DNA of 64,000 bases from the IMG/VR virus record IMGVR_UViG_3300010885_080481. One strand, given 5' to 3'. Of the stretch, positions 36,736 to 46,224 are shown piece after piece. This DNA comes from a virus. Its lineage: Duplodnaviria; Caudoviricetes. Both the position numbers and the translations under genes were made by a program. The notes beneath the pieces were generated by a model. The model ran no database searches, was not told the DNA's origin, and saw nothing but the letters and a program-made list of their open reading frames with translations. The first letter of the stretch is position 1, and every line of letters starts with the position of its first letter.

Positions 36736-37587
36736 ATGGGATTAGGCGGATATCTTACGTGGACAGCTGTTGCGAGAGAAATTTGTAATGCAACAGGATT
36801 AAATAAAGTTTTTCCATTTGAACAGCATAATGGTCCTTTGATTAAGACCATAAAAACTTCCATGTTTGAAAACAACCCTTATTTTCAGCAGGATTTTAAT
36901 AGTCGTTCACCGGCATTTCCTTTGCAGCTAAACAATCCTGCTACAAATTATTGTAAACAAGACACTCACGAAAAAGCTGTTCATAGGTATGATAAACACA
37001 TCATCGAACAAATTTGCGAATTTTATGGAATAAAAAATCCAAAGTTAAAATGTGAAATTTATTTTTCTGATGAGGAAAAGAAATTTGCTTTAGATGTGTT
37101 GTCTATTCATTCTTTGTCTACAAACAACTTTATTGTAATTGAACCTCAATCTAATGATGAATACACCGTTAACAAGCTTTATTCATTTAAAAAATGGCAA
37201 TTAGTAACAGACGAATTGGTTAAGCTAGGTTTTACTTTAGTTCAAGTAGGAAGAGAAAACAGGGGTAATCGATTAAAAAATGTGATTGATTTAACGGGAA
37301 AAACTAGCTTTAGAGAAGCCGCCGCAATTATAAAAAATTCCAGTTTGTTTATATCTTCAGAAGGTGGATTGATGCACGCCGCCAATGCTGTAGGCGTAAA
37401 AAGCGTGATTCTATTCACCGGATTTATTCATCCTAGAATGACAGGTTATCCTGAAAACAAAAACTTGTGGATAGGCAATGATCACGGTCCTTGTGGCATG
37501 AAAGTTCGTTGTCCTTCGTGCGCTAAGAATGTTGAAGATCATGATTACTTTGAAATTGTAGAAGCCGTCAAAGGTATAATCAAATGA
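36736..37587 (+). CDS. glycosyltransferase family 9 (heptosyltransferase-like)
   Basis: IDLTGKTSFREAAAII...FISSEGGLMHAANAVGVKSVILF, C-terminal PCG...CPSC. Confidence 0.82.
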   Translation: MGLGGYLTWTAVAREICNATGLNKVFPFEQHNGPLIKTIKTSMFENNPYFQQDFNSRSPAFPLQLNNPATNYCKQDTHEKAVHRYDKHIIEQICEFYGIKNPKLKCEIYFSDEEKKFALDVLSIHSLSTNNFIVIEPQSNDEYTVNKLYSFKKWQLVTDELVKLGFTLVQVGRENRGNRLKNVIDLTGKTSFREAAAIIKNSSLFISSEGGLMHAANAVGVKSVILFTGFIHPRMTGYPENKNLWIGNDHGPCGMKVRCPSCAKNVEDHDYFEIVEAVKGIIK

Positions 37588-38504
37588 GTATTTTAGTAAC
37601 AGGTGCAGCAGGATTTGTCGGGTCTAACATTGTAAAAAGACTTAATGATGTAGGTCACTACGATATTTATTTGGTTGATTCTATCAACGACAAAAATGAA
37701 AAAAACATTAAAAATGTTAAATACAAAGATCTTATAAGCAAAGAATCTTTTGATGCTTCCACTCTTGAAAAACTTAAAGAAATAAAAGTTGTATTTCATC
37801 AAGGCGCAATTACCGACACTACTTTTAATAATGAAATAGAGATGATGAGAGTGAACTACGATTTAAGCGTAATGATTTTCAATCACTGCGCTTTTAATAA
37901 TTGTAGCATGATTTATGCTTCATCAGCAGCGGTATATGGAATAGGTGATAATGGGTTTTCTGAAAATTCTTTTTGCGAAAACCCATTAAATGTTTATGCT
38001 GAATCTAAACTAAGATTCGATAATTACGTTAGAAGTTCAAAAGTAAATAACCAAGTTGTGGGGTTACGTTACTTCAACGTATTCGGAAAAAACGAAGACC
38101 ACAAATTGAAGATGGCTTCTCCAATAAACCAATTTTATAGACAAGCAAAGAGTATAGAAAAGGTAAGGGTTTTTGAAGGAAGCCAAAATTTTAAAAGAGA
38201 TTTTATTTGTGTAGACGACGTAGTGGACGTCAATATGTTTTTTTACGAAAATAAAAACATATCTGGAATTTTTAACTGCGGAACAGGACAAACTGCAACT
38301 TTTCAAGACGCAGCAGATATGGTGTCAAACCAGTTGAATGTCCCAATAGAAGAAATACCATTTCCAGATATTTTGAAAGGCAAGTATCAATCATACACCT
38401 GCGCTGATTTAACATCTTTAAGATCTGTCGGGTACAAAAAAGAATTTACGTCTTTTAAAAATGCTGCTTTTGATTATATAGACTTTATGAAAAATTCAGA
38501 GTGA
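37584..38504 (+). CDS. hldD: ADP-L-glycero-D-manno-heptose 6-epimerase
   Basis: VTGAAGFVGSN, FHQGAITDT, YASSAAVYG, NVYAESK, LRYFNVFG..E.HK..MAS, RDFICVDDV, YQSYTCADLT.LRSVGY. Confidence 0.92.
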   Translation: MSILVTGAAGFVGSNIVKRLNDVGHYDIYLVDSINDKNEKNIKNVKYKDLISKESFDASTLEKLKEIKVVFHQGAITDTTFNNEIEMMRVNYDLSVMIFNHCAFNNCSMIYASSAAVYGIGDNGFSENSFCENPLNVYAESKLRFDNYVRSSKVNNQVVGLRYFNVFGKNEDHKLKMASPINQFYRQAKSIEKVRVFEGSQNFKRDFICVDDVVDVNMFFYENKNISGIFNCGTGQTATFQDAADMVSNQLNVPIEEIPFPDILKGKYQSYTCADLTSLRSVGYKKEFTSFKNAAFDYIDFMKNSE

Positions 38505-38923
38505 TGAAAAAAGTAGTTTTCACAAATGGGTGTTTCGACATTCTTCACGTTGGTCATATAAAGCTATTAGAAGAATGTAGAAAGTTGTCGTGCGATGGAA
38601 CTGTTATAATCGGGCTTAACAGCGACGATAGCATCAAAAAATTAAAAGGAAGTTCCAGACCAATCAACGATCAATATTCTAGAAAAGTATTGCTAGAGTC
38701 TATTAGATTTGTTGATGAAGTCATTATTTTTGAAGAAGAAACTCCTGAAAATTTATTATCGATTATAAGACCTGACGTATTAGTTAAAGGCGGAGATTAT
38801 TCGATTGAACAAATTGCTGGAAAACAATTTGCAAATGAAGTTATAATATTTTCTTACTTAGATGGATTCTCTACAACGTCAACCATACGAAAAATATCAC
38901 AAAATTCTGGTGATAGGCGATAG
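38501..38923 (+). CDS. hldC: D-glycero-beta-D-manno-heptose 1-phosphate adenylyltransferase (RfaE domain II)
   Basis: FTNGCFDILHVGH, GLNSDDSIKKLKGSSRP, VKGGDY, STTS. Confidence 0.9.
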   Translation: MMKKVVFTNGCFDILHVGHIKLLEECRKLSCDGTVIIGLNSDDSIKKLKGSSRPINDQYSRKVLLESIRFVDEVIIFEEETPENLLSIIRPDVLVKGGDYSIEQIAGKQFANEVIIFSYLDGFSTTSTIRKISQNSGDRR

Positions 38924-39659
38924 CTGCGAAGACATATATCAATATGGAACTTGTGATAGATTGAGTCCTGAGGCACCTGTTCCGATTTTAAAACTTAATA
39001 AGACAGAAATAAAACCTGGCATGTGTATGAATGTAGCCAAGAATCTAGAGGGTTTAGGCTTAAACGTTGATGTTCTTACGCATAAGAAAAAAATAAAAAA
39101 ATACAGGTTTGTTGAAGAAAAAAGGTTGGTTCATCTACTGAGGGTAGACGAAGAAGACTGTCCGGTAGATTCCTTAGTTTGGGATGACGCAGAGTCACTT
39201 TTAAAAAATCAAGAATATGATGCAATTGTTATATCTGATTATAATAAGGGATTTATTAAAGATGACTTGTGCAGAAAGCTAATAGAGTTTGTTGACGGAA
39301 AGACTCCTGTCTTTGTAGACACAAAGAAGCAAGACATATCTTGTTATTCAGGTTGCATAATAAAAGTCAACAAATTTGAAAAAGAAAATATAAAAAAGCT
39401 TCCTGACTCAGATTACGAATTAATAGTAACCTTAGGGGAAGAAGGAGCTTTTTGGAATGACAAAGTTTATCCTACTAAAAAATCTAAATTGTATGACGTT
39501 TGTGGAGCCGGGGATACCTTCCTAGCAGCTTTAGTTTATAGTTACGTATCTAACAATTCTTTAGAAAATTCTATCATGTTTGCCAACAGATGTGCCAGTC
39601 TATCTGTTACTCATTTTGGTAATTTTATTTTGGATAATAAAGATGTCGCCGAGATTTGA
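38862..39659 (+). CDS. hldA: heptose-7-phosphate kinase (RfaE domain I, PfkB family)
   Basis: ILVIGDSCED.Y.YG...RLSPEAPVP, ISDYNKG, VDTK, VTLGEEG, DVCGAGDTF. Confidence 0.88.
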   Translation: MDSLQRQPYEKYHKILVIGDSCEDIYQYGTCDRLSPEAPVPILKLNKTEIKPGMCMNVAKNLEGLGLNVDVLTHKKKIKKYRFVEEKRLVHLLRVDEEDCPVDSLVWDDAESLLKNQEYDAIVISDYNKGFIKDDLCRKLIEFVDGKTPVFVDTKKQDISCYSGCIIKVNKFEKENIKKLPDSDYELIVTLGEEGAFWNDKVYPTKKSKLYDVCGAGDTFLAALVYSYVSNNSLENSIMFANRCASLSVTHFGNFILDNKDVAEI

Positions 39660-40263
39660 GGCTTTGATATTTGACTTTGATGGAACGCTTTGCAATTCCG
39701 AAGACTTGCATAAGTCATGTTTTATTGAATCTTTGAAACTTCATGGATATTCCTGGTGTTCTAAAAAAGAATTAATTTACCAACTTTCAAAAAATAAAAA
39801 AACCTTTAATAAACTTATGTTGTTGTCTGAACAAGGTCTATTAGACAAAAAAGACATAATAAACATAAACTCATTGAAGCAAGAGTTAACGATTGACAGA
39901 ATCAAGACTTCTAAAATGGATGAAGAAGTTTTTAATTTTCTTTTATCTCTAAAGAACGTAACGTTGGCAATTGCTTCTGATGCCAATAGAAACACAATAC
40001 TTTCTTTTTTGCAGCATAATCAAGCTTTCGATTTATTCAAACTGGTGGCAACTAGCGAAGATGTTGGATTAAAAACAAAACCTTCATCTAAAGTTTATGA
40101 GTTTGCTTTAAATAAATTGTCAGTATCTTCAGATAAAGTTGCTGTTTTTGAAGACACGAACGAAGGTATTGAAGCTGCGACAAACGCAGGAATTCAATTC
40201 GTATACAATTGTACATACAAAACTTTACATAATACTTTACAGAAAATTAAGGGATCCTTATGA
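39643..40263 (+). CDS. HAD-superfamily phosphatase (beta-PGM/Gph-like)
   Basis: IFDFDGTL, ASD, KPSSKVY, VFEDTNEGIEAA; start moved to the ATG at 39643. Confidence 0.85.
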   Translation: MSPRFEALIFDFDGTLCNSEDLHKSCFIESLKLHGYSWCSKKELIYQLSKNKKTFNKLMLLSEQGLLDKKDIININSLKQELTIDRIKTSKMDEEVFNFLLSLKNVTLAIASDANRNTILSFLQHNQAFDLFKLVATSEDVGLKTKPSSKVYEFALNKLSVSSDKVAVFEDTNEGIEAATNAGIQFVYNCTYKTLHNTLQKIKGSL

Positions 40264-41903
40264 AGATAGCTGGAGTTTGGCCTGGGCATGATTGTTCTTT
40301 TTGCGTTTTAGATGATGGACATCCAATCATCCATGCAGAGTTAGAAAGATACAATAGAGAAAAATCTCCTCCTGGAGATGCTGTAGAATTTATGTTCGAA
40401 AGATCTCCCGCTGAATCTCAAGAATTGGTGCACATAGCATCTGTTCATCCCACCAAAAAAACAAAGCAATATGCTGAGTCTTACAAAAAAGCAGAAGAAA
40501 TTGTAACGAAAAATGGGGGAAATATACACTTTTTCTCTCATCATAGAGCTCATGCTGCAAATGCATTTTATTCTAGCAACTTAAAAGAATCTTTGGTAAT
40601 AACGATAGATGGTGGCGGTTCTGAAGACGACTCTGGTACAGAAACTGCTTGCACCATTTGGTATGGAAATGATTGTAATTTAAAAAATCTAAAAACGTTT
40701 AAACCCTACGAACTCAATATTGGAGGAGTTTGGACCAGAATAACTAGATACGTTTTTAAGTTACAAAATGGATGGCCTCTAGGAGGTGAAGAAGGAACCA
40801 TCATGGCAATGGCAGCCTTTGGAGATGCCTCAAAGTATGCAGAAGATTTTTATAGAATGTTGACAGTAGATATCCTGCCTTCCAGCGTAAAACCTCACAA
40901 TCAACCTCCTGGAGCTACTTCTGATAAAGATCCTGTGCATCCTTATCTTGAACCTTGGGCTGCTATTGCTAGAAAATCTGAGCAAGACAAATTTGATTTA
41001 GCTGCCGGGCTTCAGGCTGCAACTGAAGTTTTAATAAAGCAATTAATAGAGTTTGCATTAACAGCCAGTCCTGCTACTAAAAATCTTTGCATTTCAGGCG
41101 GAGTCTCTCTAAATTCAGTTGCAATGGGTAAAATAAAATCTTGGTTCCCAGGAAGAATAGAAAACGTTTATATTCCGCCTGTTCCATATGACGGCGGCTT
41201 GGCTATTGGAGCAGCACAGATTGTTTGGCACGAAGTTTTAGGAAATCCTAGAATAGCTTGGCAAAAAAACTTCACTCCTTACTTAGGTGAAGTTTGGGAC
41301 AAAGGGCACTTTCATGAAACAGTCGCTAAGTATGATGTAGAAGTTTCTGAGTGTGATTCTGCTAGATTGGCTGATTTGTTAGCTGATGCAAAGATTGTTT
41401 CTGTCTTTAACGGAAAGAGTGAATCAGGCAGAAGAGCCTTAGGTAATAGAAGCATTTTAGCGGATCCTAGAAATCCGCAAATGAAAGATATTATAAATGA
41501 AAAAGTAAAGCACAGAAAATGGTTCAGGCCATTTGCTCCTTCTATCTTGGAATCAGACGTTTCTGAATGGTTTGTAGAGTATCAAGAAAGTCCATACATG
41601 CAGTTTGTTTTGAAATTTAAAGAAGATAAGAAGAGTTTGGTTCCTGCAGTGGTTCATGAAGATGGCACAGCTCGTCTACAAACAGTAAGAAAAGAAGATA
41701 ACGAGTGGTACTTTGACTTTTTAACAAAATGGAAAGAAAAATCAGGAGTGCCTCTGATTTTAAACACTAGTTTCAACGATAGAGAACCTATCTGCGAAAA
41801 CGTTTCTCATTCTATCAATTGCTTCTTGGGTACAAAGATTGATTATCTTTTCTTTCCGGAATATGGATTGATTTTAGAAAGAAAAAAGAAAGATAATTCA
41901 TGA
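40260..41903 (+). CDS. O-carbamoyltransferase (NodU/CmcH/TobZ family)
   Basis: GHDCS, ELERYNREK, HHRAHAANAF, IDGGG, GGVSLN, GRRALGNRSILADPR, RPFAPS, VHEDGTARLQTV, LNTSFN. Confidence 0.93.
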   Translation: MKIAGVWPGHDCSFCVLDDGHPIIHAELERYNREKSPPGDAVEFMFERSPAESQELVHIASVHPTKKTKQYAESYKKAEEIVTKNGGNIHFFSHHRAHAANAFYSSNLKESLVITIDGGGSEDDSGTETACTIWYGNDCNLKNLKTFKPYELNIGGVWTRITRYVFKLQNGWPLGGEEGTIMAMAAFGDASKYAEDFYRMLTVDILPSSVKPHNQPPGATSDKDPVHPYLEPWAAIARKSEQDKFDLAAGLQAATEVLIKQLIEFALTASPATKNLCISGGVSLNSVAMGKIKSWFPGRIENVYIPPVPYDGGLAIGAAQIVWHEVLGNPRIAWQKNFTPYLGEVWDKGHFHETVAKYDVEVSECDSARLADLLADAKIVSVFNGKSESGRRALGNRSILADPRNPQMKDIINEKVKHRKWFRPFAPSILESDVSEWFVEYQESPYMQFVLKFKEDKKSLVPAVVHEDGTARLQTVRKEDNEWYFDFLTKWKEKSGVPLILNTSFNDREPICENVSHSINCFLGTKIDYLFFPEYGLILERKKKDNS

Positions 41904-42847
41904 AAAAGATTCTAATCAATAGAAAGATCGTTACTGGACCTTACGGTGGTGGTAACAATTTTCTAAAATCAATTCATGATTTTTTGCTGAGTAAAAATCA
42001 TCATATAGTCTATGACCTATCGCACAAGGACATTGATCTGATCATTATGCATGATCCTAGGTACGATGAACTGGGAATTTCTGTTAACGAAATAGCTGCT
42101 TATAAAAGAGCATTTCCAAAAACCAAAGTGTTGCATAGAATTAATGAATGTGACGCAAGAAAAGGAACTAATGAGGTAGATAAACTCCTTATGATTTCTA
42201 ATTCAATTGCTGATGAAACTGTTTTTATTAGTGAATGGTTGAAAGAATACTTTGTAAGCAGAGGATTCAATAAGAGCTCCACTGTAATCTATAATGGTTG
42301 CAATTCATCATATTTTTATCCAAGAAATAATTTCCAAAAATTGAACTTGGATTGCCCAGTAAAGATTGTCACTCATCACTGGAGTGACAATTGGATGAAA
42401 GGATTCGATGCCTACAAATATCTTGATGAGATTTGTAAGAAGAATTCAGAAAAATATCAGTTTACATACATTGGTCGCTATGCTAAACAATATTCACCTG
42501 TAGCTACAAAAATAGTAGAACCCTTACATGGTAAAGAATTAGGCGATGAGTTAAGAAAACATGACGTATATATAACAGCGTCAAGATGGGAACCTTGCGG
42601 AATGCATCACATAGAAGGCGCCGCTTCAGGATTACCAGTACTTTACCATTCTGATGGAGGCGGCATAGTAGAAGGTTGCCAGAAACACGGAGTGATGTTT
42701 TCAAACGTCGAAGAGATGATTACGAAATTGAATGATTTGTTGAATGATTATTCTTCTATAAGATCAAAAATAGATTATGATTTTTTTTCTATTGATAGAT
42801 GTATTAAAGACTACTATTCTATAATTGAAAAAATGCTGTTAGGTTAA
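41900..42847 (+). CDS. glycosyltransferase family 4 (GT-B)
   Basis: GPYGGGN, SRWEPCGMHHIEGAASGLPVL. Confidence 0.85.
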   Translation: MKKILINRKIVTGPYGGGNNFLKSIHDFLLSKNHHIVYDLSHKDIDLIIMHDPRYDELGISVNEIAAYKRAFPKTKVLHRINECDARKGTNEVDKLLMISNSIADETVFISEWLKEYFVSRGFNKSSTVIYNGCNSSYFYPRNNFQKLNLDCPVKIVTHHWSDNWMKGFDAYKYLDEICKKNSEKYQFTYIGRYAKQYSPVATKIVEPLHGKELGDELRKHDVYITASRWEPCGMHHIEGAASGLPVLYHSDGGGIVEGCQKHGVMFSNVEEMITKLNDLLNDYSSIRSKIDYDFFSIDRCIKDYYSIIEKMLLG

Positions 42848-42850
42848 AAA

Positions 42851-43666
42851 ATGAAAAGAGCTGCAATAGGTTATCTGAGTTACGTCACAGAAAAAAACAA
42901 AAGTTTAAGATTGTTAGATTTTTATAAAAGTCTAGAATCTTTGTCACTTTTGGATAAGCAAATTTCAGATATTATTTCTATTGATAATTCTTCAATTTTT
43001 GAAGTTAGAGAGGCATTAAGTAACAACAAGTCTTTTGATTTTAAATTTCATTATGAAAAAAACTTTTACGACGTTTCTTTGTTTTACACTACGATGTGGT
43101 ATGCTAAACTAAATTGTTTAGATTATATCTGCTTTTTGTACGATGATTTTATAGTGTATGATGATGCTCTGCAAGATTCTATAGCTTTTTTAGATTCTAA
43201 TAAAGAAGTTTCTTGTGTAAGAATCCCAGCATACGATTTCAACAATCAAAAACATTTTGATACAAATTTTACGCCTAAGTCGATAAACCCAGATTCTGTT
43301 AGACATTATAATTCAGTTACAACAAAAGCTTTGACTTGGCAAGGACCGTTCAACATAAAAAATCATAATTTTTACGTGAATAATTGGCATTATACTTCTA
43401 GACCGACTATTTGGAGAAGAGAATATTTTGAAAAAATTCTAGATTCTCAAGGTTCTATAAGCAAAGTACTACAAGGTTTTGAATCATGGGCTTGTAAGGC
43501 TTTTTGTAATGCTAATTTAGTGACAGGAGTTCTAGATAAAGGGATGGTGGTAACAACTCCTGTAAAAAACTCAGCGCGAGGAATCGAGGTGAGTCCAAGA
43601 GAAGAAGCGGTTATAGACATTCAAGTCGATGAATTGAAAAAAGAATTTGAGACGTTCATAAAATGA
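42851..43666 (+). CDS. GT-A/GT2-like glycosyltransferase
   Basis: SIDNSS, YICFLYDDF, PTIWRREY; island context. Confidence 0.6.
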   Translation: MKRAAIGYLSYVTEKNKSLRLLDFYKSLESLSLLDKQISDIISIDNSSIFEVREALSNNKSFDFKFHYEKNFYDVSLFYTTMWYAKLNCLDYICFLYDDFIVYDDALQDSIAFLDSNKEVSCVRIPAYDFNNQKHFDTNFTPKSINPDSVRHYNSVTTKALTWQGPFNIKNHNFYVNNWHYTSRPTIWRREYFEKILDSQGSISKVLQGFESWACKAFCNANLVTGVLDKGMVVTTPVKNSARGIEVSPREEAVIDIQVDELKKEFETFIK

Positions 43667-44652
43667 AAATAATTGCGATAACACCAGATAAAAAACTAGA
43701 TTCAGTTTGCTCAGTCGTTATCGAAGGAATGAATGAAAGCAATGTTGAAGTAATAGCAACTGATCCTGGTAACTCTGTAATTAGAGTATATTCAGAAAAA
43801 GAAGTCATTGATCATGCAAAAAACGCTGATTTTATTTTTGCATTTTGGGGAAAAATAAGAGGAAATAACTCTCCACGTTATCATCTTTTAGAAAAGATAA
43901 TTAGACCAGAAATATCAGTCTATATCGATGGAAGCGAGTGGACAGCGACTGGATATCCTGACGGAGATAAAACAATCTCCGCTCCGTGGGGCAATGTTAA
44001 TAGCCAAGTTTATGAAGCAAAATTTGACCCTAAAAGGTGTAAAGGTAATCCTTGGATTAACGAAAGAATGAAAAATTTTTGTAAATGGTATTTCAAAAGA
44101 GAATGCTATCCTGAAGATGTAAATCAAGGAATCATACCTTTACCAATAGGCTGCCAAAATAAGTTTTTTGGAAATTACAACTTAAAAAAAGACATTGATG
44201 TATTTTGTTCTTTTGGACAAGTCGCTAACGGGTATCGATACGAGATAGAAAATTTTTGTAAAGATCTTAAAAACAAAGGTTATAATGTCGTCGTAAAAAA
44301 AGGATTAGAATATCAAGATTATTTGAGACATATTAACAGATCTTATATTTCTATTTCTTCGTGGGGAGCAGGAAATAGCTGCATGAGAATGTGGGAAAAC
44401 ATGGCAAATGAATCTTGTTGCTTTGCTCAAAGAACAGAAACTCTATTTCCAGATAAACCTGTTGACGGGCAGCATTACGTAGAATACTCTGACATGGATG
44501 AATTTAGAGAAAAGATATTCTATTATCTGTCAAGAAAAGAAGAATGCAAAAAGATTGGTGAGAATGGACGAAAATTTGTTAAAGAATTTCATTCTGGAAG
44601 AGCTAGGTTTGACTACATCATTAGACATTTAACAAGTGGTATACGTAAATGA
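43663..44652 (+). CDS. GT-B glycosyltransferase (CgeB/DUF3880-like)
   Basis: IDVFCSFG, ISISSWGAG..CMRMWE, DGQHYVEY, IGENGRKFV..FH. Confidence 0.7.
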   Translation: MKIIAITPDKKLDSVCSVVIEGMNESNVEVIATDPGNSVIRVYSEKEVIDHAKNADFIFAFWGKIRGNNSPRYHLLEKIIRPEISVYIDGSEWTATGYPDGDKTISAPWGNVNSQVYEAKFDPKRCKGNPWINERMKNFCKWYFKRECYPEDVNQGIIPLPIGCQNKFFGNYNLKKDIDVFCSFGQVANGYRYEIENFCKDLKNKGYNVVVKKGLEYQDYLRHINRSYISISSWGAGNSCMRMWENMANESCCFAQRTETLFPDKPVDGQHYVEYSDMDEFREKIFYYLSRKEECKKIGENGRKFVKEFHSGRARFDYIIRHLTSGIRK

Positions 44653-45452
44653 AAGCTATCAGTTTAGTTTTTGAATATGATTTTGATAAGCAGGTCGATA
44701 GTGGCAGGACCTGGGGGAAAACTGGATATAAAACTAAAGATTTTATCTTTGAGTATTCTGCTGCATCGTTTGCTACTTTCGCTCATCATAATCGTGATGT
44801 AACATTCCATCATGAAATAATGACAGATGATAAACATCTGTTGGAAGAAAAGTTAAAGCAGTATGCAGTGAATTTTTCAAAGCTTTCTATTATTGAAGAC
44901 AAGCAGGCGATAGCAGGTTGGAAAAATCACAGATATTGTTTTAATCCTGCAATGATGCATTTAAAACTTTATGAGAACGAAAAAAATCAAATACTAAAAT
45001 TGGACAATGATCTTGAATGTAAAAAACCATTAACGGATCTAATAGAAAATAAAGAAATCATTTTTTGGAAACATGAAAGGAATGTTTCTAAAGGTAGAGA
45101 ATACTGGGGAGAGAGAGAAGCATCAAGAAAAGCTTTTGGGACCGAAGACTACGAACTTTATAACATTGGGGTACTAGGTTTGCCTTCAGGAGAAAAATCT
45201 TTATTAATAAATGAGATGATTGATGCAGGTTATAAGATGTCAGAAGTTGACATAAGCAAAACAGTTCATTTTCCTGAACGACCTGAATTAAAAGTTTCTA
45301 TTTGGTCTTGCTCAGAACAGACTGCTTATTGTTACATAACTCAAAAAAATAAGTTGTCTATAAAAACCTGCGAAGATTACATCAATCATCACTGCTATGG
45401 TTTTGATTCTAAAAAAGATTGTATAAATGCAGCATCTTTTTTAAGGAAGTAA
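44649..45452 (+). CDS. putative GT-A (GT8-like) glycosyltransferase
   Basis: LKLDNDL DxD motif, YNIGVLG, EQTAY, HHCY. Confidence 0.5.
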   Translation: MKAISLVFEYDFDKQVDSGRTWGKTGYKTKDFIFEYSAASFATFAHHNRDVTFHHEIMTDDKHLLEEKLKQYAVNFSKLSIIEDKQAIAGWKNHRYCFNPAMMHLKLYENEKNQILKLDNDLECKKPLTDLIENKEIIFWKHERNVSKGREYWGEREASRKAFGTEDYELYNIGVLGLPSGEKSLLINEMIDAGYKMSEVDISKTVHFPERPELKVSIWSCSEQTAYCYITQKNKLSIKTCEDYINHHCYGFDSKKDCINAASFLRK

Positions 45453-45455
45453 ATT

Positions 45456-46223
45456 ATGAAAGCTGAAGTCTCTGATATCTGCGCAGTTACTTATACAAAT
45501 TCAAATTGTCATGATGTACTACAAGTTCATTTAGGACAATTGGATAAATTTGCATCAGGCGTAAAAAGTTATGTACTGACTGATAAGAGTCCTGCTTATC
45601 CCTTAATAGATCATGAAGTTATCTTATATGATAATAACGACTTTTATTATAAGCAGTGGTTGTCTTCCTTAGAACAAATTCAACAAAATTATATCATTTA
45701 TTTGCAAGAAGATTTTTTTCTTTATGACCACGTTAATTACGAAGAACTATCACGTTGTAAGTCTTTCTTAGAAAGTTCAGATTATTCTTTTGTCAGATTC
45801 GCAAAATTTGATTTGCGCAGAGGCATTCATGATTCAAAATTCAAACTAAAAGAATTTCCAGATAGGTTAATTTCAAACAAAATTTATGATGCTTACACAT
45901 TGGACAAAGATTGCTTCTCTTTTATGATGCAAGCAACTCTATGGAAGAAGAAAGATTTTATTAATTTGTATGATCACGTTAAGTCAGAAAAATGGTTTGA
46001 AAATTCTGATTGGGATAAAGGTATTAGAGATCTAAAGATTAAAGGAACCTTCCATCATGATGAATCTCGGCAGTTAGGAAAATTTCATTGGGAATCAAAA
46101 ATTTGGCCTCATATTTGTACTGCTGTTGGCAAAGGGAAATGGAGCTTGTCTCATCATGATCGTAAATTAACTGACATGTTAGCTGAATATAAAATAGACG
46201 TTAACAAAAGAGGGACTAGATAA
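45456..46223 (+). CDS. putative GT-A glycosyltransferase
   Basis: YIIYLQEDFFL, QATLWKK; island context. Confidence 0.5.
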   Translation: MKAEVSDICAVTYTNSNCHDVLQVHLGQLDKFASGVKSYVLTDKSPAYPLIDHEVILYDNNDFYYKQWLSSLEQIQQNYIIYLQEDFFLYDHVNYEELSRCKSFLESSDYSFVRFAKFDLRRGIHDSKFKLKEFPDRLISNKIYDAYTLDKDCFSFMMQATLWKKKDFINLYDHVKSEKWFENSDWDKGIRDLKIKGTFHHDESRQLGKFHWESKIWPHICTAVGKGKWSLSHHDRKLTDMLAEYKIDVNKRGTR

Positions 46224-46224
46224 C

